Shown in pieces: positions 58,718-64,000 of a stretch of 64,000 nt of DNA. This DNA comes from Candidatus Collierbacteria bacterium (GTDB taxonomy: Bacteria; Patescibacteriota; Microgenomatia; UBA1400; JACPES01), in assembly GCA_016219325.1 (NCBI GenBank), contig JACRNH010000002.1, positions 3,862 to 67,861 on the forward strand, given 5' to 3'. Every line of letters starts with the position of its first letter. Within the stretch, counting starts at the first letter, position 1. The translations under genes and the position numbers were made by a program. Below the pieces are notes generated by a model. That model searched no databases and had not been told where the DNA came from. It worked only from the letters and a program-made list of their open reading frames with translations.

Positions 58718-60024
58718 TTATTACTATAATTAGCTTTAATTCCTCGTAATATCATAAATGCATAAAGTGACGATTTTGAGTATGAGTCGATTAAGCTATT
58801 AATTAAAAAAAGCCAACTTGAAATAATCATCGCAATTAGATATGGCGTTGGTGAACTTTTCATCATGTGGACATCTGCTTTAAATATTTTCCAGGCTATC
58901 GTGAATAGTAGTATGGTTCCTATTAGTCCAAGTTCCATCAATGATTCAACAACAATGTTGTGTGATTCGGGAATAATATAATTGACTGTGGGTAATTTTC
59001 CGATAAACTTACCTGTCGTATTTAATAATACGAGTTCTGACGATTGAGAATATTGCGTAAAATTTCCGGTCCCAATTCCGATAATAGGATTATTCACAAA
59101 TAGAAGCATGCCTTCTTTGAGGAGGCTTATGTGTTCATAGGTAGTACTTAAGTCAAAGTCATTTTTCATTAATAATCGATCTAAAAGGTTGATTTTTAAT
59201 AGTTGCTTAGAGCTAAATAAAGAAAATGTAGTTACCGATATAAAAAGTAAAACAGCATACAAACGATTCGATAATGAAAATGTTTGATTTTTTTTCTGAG
59301 AGCAACCCAGAAAGAACAAAAAAGCGAATATCCCAATACTTGACGTGATTAAATGGCTGCGATAATTCCAGAATACAACCATTAATAGAATCATTGCAAA
59401 AGATGTTGCTCCAAAAATTTTCCAAAACCGATTTTTAGAAGCAAAAAATAGCGCCAGTGGAAAAAGGATGCTCATTTCTAGAGGGCTGACTTGAGACAGT
59501 CTTCCTTTTGATTTTTCAGCTAACTGGTAATACAATCCGAAATCTTTTAGTAAATAACTCCATATTTGAGACCATAGGTTTTCATTGATGAAGGCTGTTA
59601 TCGTTATCATAAATAGTATAATTCCTATGGCAATCATGATTGAGATAAATAACTTAAGTATCCATTTCTTAATTCCTTGAAAAGAAAAAATATATACCAA
59701 GCTAAAAGCTGTAATTAATCTCAATATTCGCTTGAGATTTATGATTGAGCAACAATTAAACATGCCATTGATAACAGTATATTGAAGGAAAATTAAAACC
59801 AGCAGATAAGTTTCCCCATTTAATTTTTTATGAATATTATTGGGTCGGATTTGTCGATAGATTGTAGTAGAAGCTATAATGAAAATTAAGAGATTTAAAA
59901 TAATATCTAGTTGTGTTGTCAATGAATGAAAAAATGATAGAAAAATAACGGTTGCAAAAGACATTTTTTCCAAATAACGAAAAATTATTTTACCTTTACC
60001 AACATTATCGTGTTCATGGTGCAT
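58714..60024 (-). CDS. O-antigen ligase/polymerase family membrane protein
   Basis: Multi-TM; NPIIGIGTGNF, SHN..VE..MELGLIG. Confidence 0.82.
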   Translation of the reverse strand: MHHEHDNVGKGKIIFRYLEKMSFATVIFLSFFHSLTTQLDIILNLLIFIIASTTIYRQIRPNNIHKKLNGETYLLVLIFLQYTVINGMFNCCSIINLKRILRLITAFSLVYIFSFQGIKKWILKLFISIMIAIGIILFMITITAFINENLWSQIWSYLLKDFGLYYQLAEKSKGRLSQVSPLEMSILFPLALFFASKNRFWKIFGATSFAMILLMVVFWNYRSHLITSSIGIFAFLFFLGCSQKKNQTFSLSNRLYAVLLFISVTTFSLFSSKQLLKINLLDRLLMKNDFDLSTTYEHISLLKEGMLLFVNNPIIGIGTGNFTQYSQSSELVLLNTTGKFIGKLPTVNYIIPESHNIVVESLMELGLIGTILLFTIAWKIFKADVHMMKSSPTPYLIAMIISSWLFLINSLIDSYSKSSLYAFMILRGIKANYSNK

Positions 60025-60055
60025 AAAGTAAATTTTAACCTATTGACTTTTTATT

Positions 60056-61177
60056 ATGAAATCGTTTGATTTTATAAATCTTTTTTTATACGGTTTCCGT
60101 AATCTATTAGATAAGTGGATCTATCTTTATACCGGTTTATTTATCCCAAAGCCAATCAATTTTTATATTGTCCCGACCTTAAGATGCAATGCTAGATGCA
60201 AGATGTGTTTTATTTGGGCGCAAAAAGATCCAGAGTTAACGTATAGTTATTGGAGGATGGCTATTAACCAAATTGTTGGTTGGTGCGGCCCTGCGGCCAA
60301 AATTAACATTGCCGGAGGTGAGATTTTATATTCTTCAATGGCATTTAAACTGTTGCAATATTCTGCCAGGAAATCATTTATGACAGGTTTAACGTCTAAC
60401 GGATACTTGATAGATAAAAAAATGTCAGTAAAATTGATCGGTCTGAATCTTGCGAACATCAATATATCCTTAGATGGGATAAACGATAAAACTGTTAATT
60501 TTCTAAGAGGGAGGAGCGATTTTTTTGAGAAGACAATTAATGCAATTAAATTTTTGGTTGAAGAGAGAAATAAAAAAATGAGCAGAACTAAAATCATTAT
60601 CAAAACTACAATTATGGGTCCTAACATAAAAGAGATTTATGGATTGGTTGAAATGGCGCTTAAACTAGGTGTCGATAATGTATATTTTCAGCCAGTTCTC
60701 CCGCCATTTGAAGGAAATTGGACGGAGAATCAATTGAGATCCAGCGTTCTTTGGCCATCTCTGTCTGAGAGTGAAGTTAAAAATGAATTTAACAGGGTAA
60801 TCGGTCTTAAAAAAAAGATTAAAGGATTCATATTAAATTCAGAAGTTAGTTTGATAAGCATGATGAATTATCTCCTGGGAATTCCGCTAAAAATCGATCA
60901 TCCTCATTGCGAAATAGACTTAACAACTTTATTCTTTGAGCCCAGAGGCGCAATTAGATTTTGCAGTTATTATCAACCAATTGGACATATTAAAGACTTG
61001 CAAAAGATCAAAATTGAAGAAATGGTGAAAAAATCTCCCGCGCTAAAATTAAGGAAAACTATGCGTAAATGCGGCAAAAACTGTCTTGTGACGTGTATGT
61101 CTGACAAATCTATTTCGGATTATTTTAATATATTTTCAGCTTTAGTTGGATGGTCGTATAAACATAAGTCTGTTTAG
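60056..61177 (+). CDS. radical SAM protein with C-terminal SPASM/Twitch-like Cys cluster
   Basis: CNARCKMC, GGE, SLDG; C-terminal C..FC and CGKNCLVTC. Confidence 0.9.
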   Translation: MKSFDFINLFLYGFRNLLDKWIYLYTGLFIPKPINFYIVPTLRCNARCKMCFIWAQKDPELTYSYWRMAINQIVGWCGPAAKINIAGGEILYSSMAFKLLQYSARKSFMTGLTSNGYLIDKKMSVKLIGLNLANINISLDGINDKTVNFLRGRSDFFEKTINAIKFLVEERNKKMSRTKIIIKTTIMGPNIKEIYGLVEMALKLGVDNVYFQPVLPPFEGNWTENQLRSSVLWPSLSESEVKNEFNRVIGLKKKIKGFILNSEVSLISMMNYLLGIPLKIDHPHCEIDLTTLFFEPRGAIRFCSYYQPIGHIKDLQKIKIEEMVKKSPALKLRKTMRKCGKNCLVTCMSDKSISDYFNIFSALVGWSYKHKSV

Positions 61178-61228
61178 AACAAAGGTTATCCGAGATGGTG
61201 AATTTTTTTGATTGCGATTAATAAACTC

Positions 61229-62164
61229 ATGACAATTAGTGTTTTAATTACAACCAGAAATCGGGCGGAAATCTTAAAACGATGCTTAAAATCATTGGAG
61301 AGACAATCGACAAGGCCAAATGAAGTAATCGTAGTTGACAATGATTCTTCTGATAATACAAAAACAGTTATAAACAGTTTTAGATCGCTACGTATCCGAT
61401 ATTTGTTTGAGAAGAAAATCGGAATTGCATTTGGAAGAAATCGTGGATTAGCAGAGGCAAAAGGAAATATTTTGGCTTTTATTGATGACGATTGTATCGC
61501 GTCGCGAAATTGGATTAAAGAAATAGAAAAATCATTTAAAAAAAATGTTGATATTGTCGGGATTGTTGGCCGCAGTAAAAATATGTTTACGCAAAATCCT
61601 TATGCTTGCGCGGAACAATGTTGGTTTTTATATTGGTATTTAAAACATATTTCTATTTCAAATAAGGAAGAAATATTAAATGATGGGGAATTAATAAATT
61701 TTAAAAACATGGCTTTGCGGAAATCATTTATAAGGCAAACTCGATTTAATACTAAGTTGACAACTGGAAAATTTAGCGAAGAAGATACCGAAATCAGAAA
61801 GCGACTATTTAAAAAATTGAGATTGAAAGAAAAAATAACCTATCAGCCTAAAGTGATTGTCTATCATAAAAACAGATCCTCATTTTTGCAGTTATTATTG
61901 CGAAGATTTTATAAAGGAGTTGCGTTAGCCGAACTGTGCCAGAAAAAAAAGATAATAACGGTAAACTGTTTTAAGCGCCAATATTTGTTTTTGAAGTGGA
62001 TGAAAAGTATTGTTCCGGAAATGGAACGGTTGGATCATCTCCATGATCAAGTTTTATGTTTTTTTTGCATCCCGTTGCTGCCGATTTTTTCGAAAATAGG
62101 CTTTATTTTTTATTATGTTAGGCGCGCGCTTGGATTTCCGCTTTCAACTCAAAGCGATGGCTAA
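61229..62164 (+). CDS. GT2 glycosyltransferase
   Basis: SVLITTRNR, VVDNDS, RNRG, FIDDDC, EEDTE. Confidence 0.9.
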   Translation: MTISVLITTRNRAEILKRCLKSLERQSTRPNEVIVVDNDSSDNTKTVINSFRSLRIRYLFEKKIGIAFGRNRGLAEAKGNILAFIDDDCIASRNWIKEIEKSFKKNVDIVGIVGRSKNMFTQNPYACAEQCWFLYWYLKHISISNKEEILNDGELINFKNMALRKSFIRQTRFNTKLTTGKFSEEDTEIRKRLFKKLRLKEKITYQPKVIVYHKNRSSFLQLLLRRFYKGVALAELCQKKKIITVNCFKRQYLFLKWMKSIVPEMERLDHLHDQVLCFFCIPLLPIFSKIGFIFYYVRRALGFPLSTQSDG

Positions 62165-62167
62165 TTT

Positions 62168-62962
62168 TTAGAGGTTTATTTTTATAATACTGGCTTCGCT
62201 GATTTCGAAAGTATCAAAATCGATCCACAGTTTTCTGCCGATTTTTACCGGTTGAACTCGATTGAAATAAATTAATCCGTTTTTCTCCACTACTTGAACT
62301 TCTAAATCAAGAGTAAGATCTACCCTAAGCGGATCGCGACGGGAAAGAATTTTTCCATCCGCGGTATAAGCAGAGGCTTCTGCCTGTTCGATTTTCTTGT
62401 TAATGATTTTAGCAGCCATATTCCCATTCTCGTCTTTTCTTGCTGATCCGATGCTAACGGCTTCTGCCTGCCATGATTTTATTCCGTACTGTTTGACGGT
62501 TATATTTACCATCTTATATTTAGTTTCTGGTTTTCCATCGATGCTGACTAAATTTCCGGATAAGCTAACGTGATCAGGTTTAACGGTTATGATCGAGCCG
62601 ATCGTTAATGGCTGCTGCTGGAACCGCCAACCGCCGTTTGATTTGTCTTCGGTAACTAAAAGCCTGATTTTGGCCCAAAGAATTTTGCTATAGTCTTCAC
62701 TATATCTGATTACCTCCAAAACCTCTGCTAATTTTTTTCCGCCAACTGAATATTCAATAGCTCCCGGAACAACCGCGTCTGCCAGCCAATAGGGGACTTT
62801 GGGTTGGGTTTGCCACCAATTATCGCCGGAAGCCATAATCTCCACTTCAATAAATTTATCCTCAGATAACCAAACCCTGATACTTAAAATAGATAAACTG
62901 ATTGCTATCCCTATAATCAGTAGAATTGAAATATTTTTTGAGTTGAATAATTTTGTTGACAT
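62168..62962 (-). CDS. membrane-anchored protein with two similar beta-rich halves
   Basis: N-terminal TM; W.A.AV..G and QP..IG occur twice. Confidence 0.65.
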   Translation of the reverse strand: MSTKLFNSKNISILLIIGIAISLSILSIRVWLSEDKFIEVEIMASGDNWWQTQPKVPYWLADAVVPGAIEYSVGGKKLAEVLEVIRYSEDYSKILWAKIRLLVTEDKSNGGWRFQQQPLTIGSIITVKPDHVSLSGNLVSIDGKPETKYKMVNITVKQYGIKSWQAEAVSIGSARKDENGNMAAKIINKKIEQAEASAYTADGKILSRRDPLRVDLTLDLEVQVVEKNGLIYFNRVQPVKIGRKLWIDFDTFEISEASIIKINL

Positions 62963-62990
62963 AATTTATTTTCCAGTATAACATCTGATT

Positions 62991-64000
62991 GTGCTGAAGG
63001 GTTTGACAGTTTTAATTTTATTGACTGCGGGAATATTGGGATTGACGTATTTTGCAGCCCCGAAGAAAAATCAACAAAGCTTACAGCCTAAAGTTTACTG
63101 GTTCATTCCTGACGGGATGCGGGCGGAACCGGGACTTTTCAATATCTATAAATGGGCGGAAGAAGGGAAACTCCCGAACATTAAAAAGATGATTGACGGT
63201 GGTTCTTACGGATATGCTAGGCCAAATTTTCCTTCTCACACCCCGACAAATTTTGCCACCCTTCTAACCGGAACTTATCCCGATGTTCATGGAGTAAACG
63301 ATGGGCCAATGCGGGCAATAGGAAAGCCTTTGGATAAAGTCGCCATAGGCGGATTCAGTTCTGTGGCTAAAAAAGTTCCGCCGATTTGGACCACGCTGGA
63401 GCAAGCCGGAATGACTGTGGCGTTATTGTCAATTCCCGGATCTACTCCGCCTGAACTGCAAAAAGGGTTTACTTTCCGCGGCCGCTGGGGCGGATGGGGA
63501 GCTGATTTTCATGCCCTTAATTTTGAAACTAAAGGGAATTTGAACCAAAGAATTTTGCAGGGCAGGGGAGCCAGGCTGTTTTATTTTGGACCGGAGTTAA
63601 CCCAGTATCCGGAAACTAAACCTGCCGATGGCTGGGCTTCATCGTTGGCAGAAGGAAGTTTTAGTCCGCCGTTGGAAATGGCTATGACCGGTTGGGGGAA
63701 AACGGTTTATGGCCTGATTATTGATTCAACCGATGATTCGGCTACGAATTACGACCAGATTATTTTTTCGTTTGATAAAAAAGAAAAGATAGCTCAAATG
63801 AAACAAGGCGGCCAAAGCGATTGGTTGCCGATACAACTGCAATGGAAAGTTAAAGACAGCTCTTTAAACGTTGATACCCGGTTTAATATAACTGTTATTA
63901 AGCTGGACAAAGATGGTTTTTTCCGTGTCAGATTTTTTTATAACAATTTAAATAAATACGTTGCCTCACCGGCCGAAGCCGCGGATAAATTGTTAGAAAA
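62991..64000 (+). CDS. alkaline phosphatase superfamily (phosphodiesterase/NPP-like), runs off the window end
   Basis: Hand translation: N-terminal TM, WFIPDGMR, LPNIKKM, PSHTPTNFATLLTG.YP..HG. Confidence 0.82.
   Translation, partial: MLKGLTVLILLTAGILGLTYFAAPKKNQQSLQPKVYWFIPDGMRAEPGLFNIYKWAEEGKLPNIKKMIDGGSYGYARPNFPSHTPTNFATLLTGTYPDVHGVNDGPMRAIGKPLDKVAIGGFSSVAKKVPPIWTTLEQAGMTVALLSIPGSTPPELQKGFTFRGRWGGWGADFHALNFETKGNLNQRILQGRGARLFYFGPELTQYPETKPADGWASSLAEGSFSPPLEMAMTGWGKTVYGLIIDSTDDSATNYDQIIFSFDKKEKIAQMKQGGQSDWLPIQLQWKVKDSSLNVDTRFNITVIKLDKDGFFRVRFFYNNLNKYVASPAEAADKLLE

Overview
A 64-kb chromosomal segment of a reduced-genome bacterium using standard code 11. Gene content and style (mreB/mreC/mreD/pbp2, dprA-topA, rpsB-tsf-frr without pyrH, PaaX/Cas2-like regulator, many orphan ORFs, many apparently leaderless genes) suggest Patescibacteria/CPR, probably Microgenomates (inference). 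It holds tRNA-Trp, three toxin-antitoxin pairs plus a PIN remnant, a dTMP/one-carbon cluster built around an MtrA-like::ThyA::DUF4346-like fusion, envelope genes, and a glycosylation island at the right end. Two things stand out. (1) An unannotated 53-aa ORF (52065->51904) looks like a paeninodin-type RiPP precursor (YxxP leader, Thr at -2, core starting AG, C-terminal Ser). It lies among genes for an HprK-like kinase, a PqqD/RRE protein, an S24/S26 peptidase and a nucleotidyltransferase, with no lasso cyclase in the window. (2) Housekeeping genes (fmt, def, pbp2, topA, folD, murF, rseP and others) and intergenic spaces carry dozens of 7-, 8- and 10-nt tandem arrays, often as inverted pairs, plus at least six families of small palindromic elements, all keeping the reading frame. 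A four-helix-bundle (IVP/Avd-like) gene bracketed by such repeats is a candidate partner. Two genes are frameshifted by exact tandem duplications (10 bp and 73 bp). Product calls come from motif recognition only; no database searches were run.
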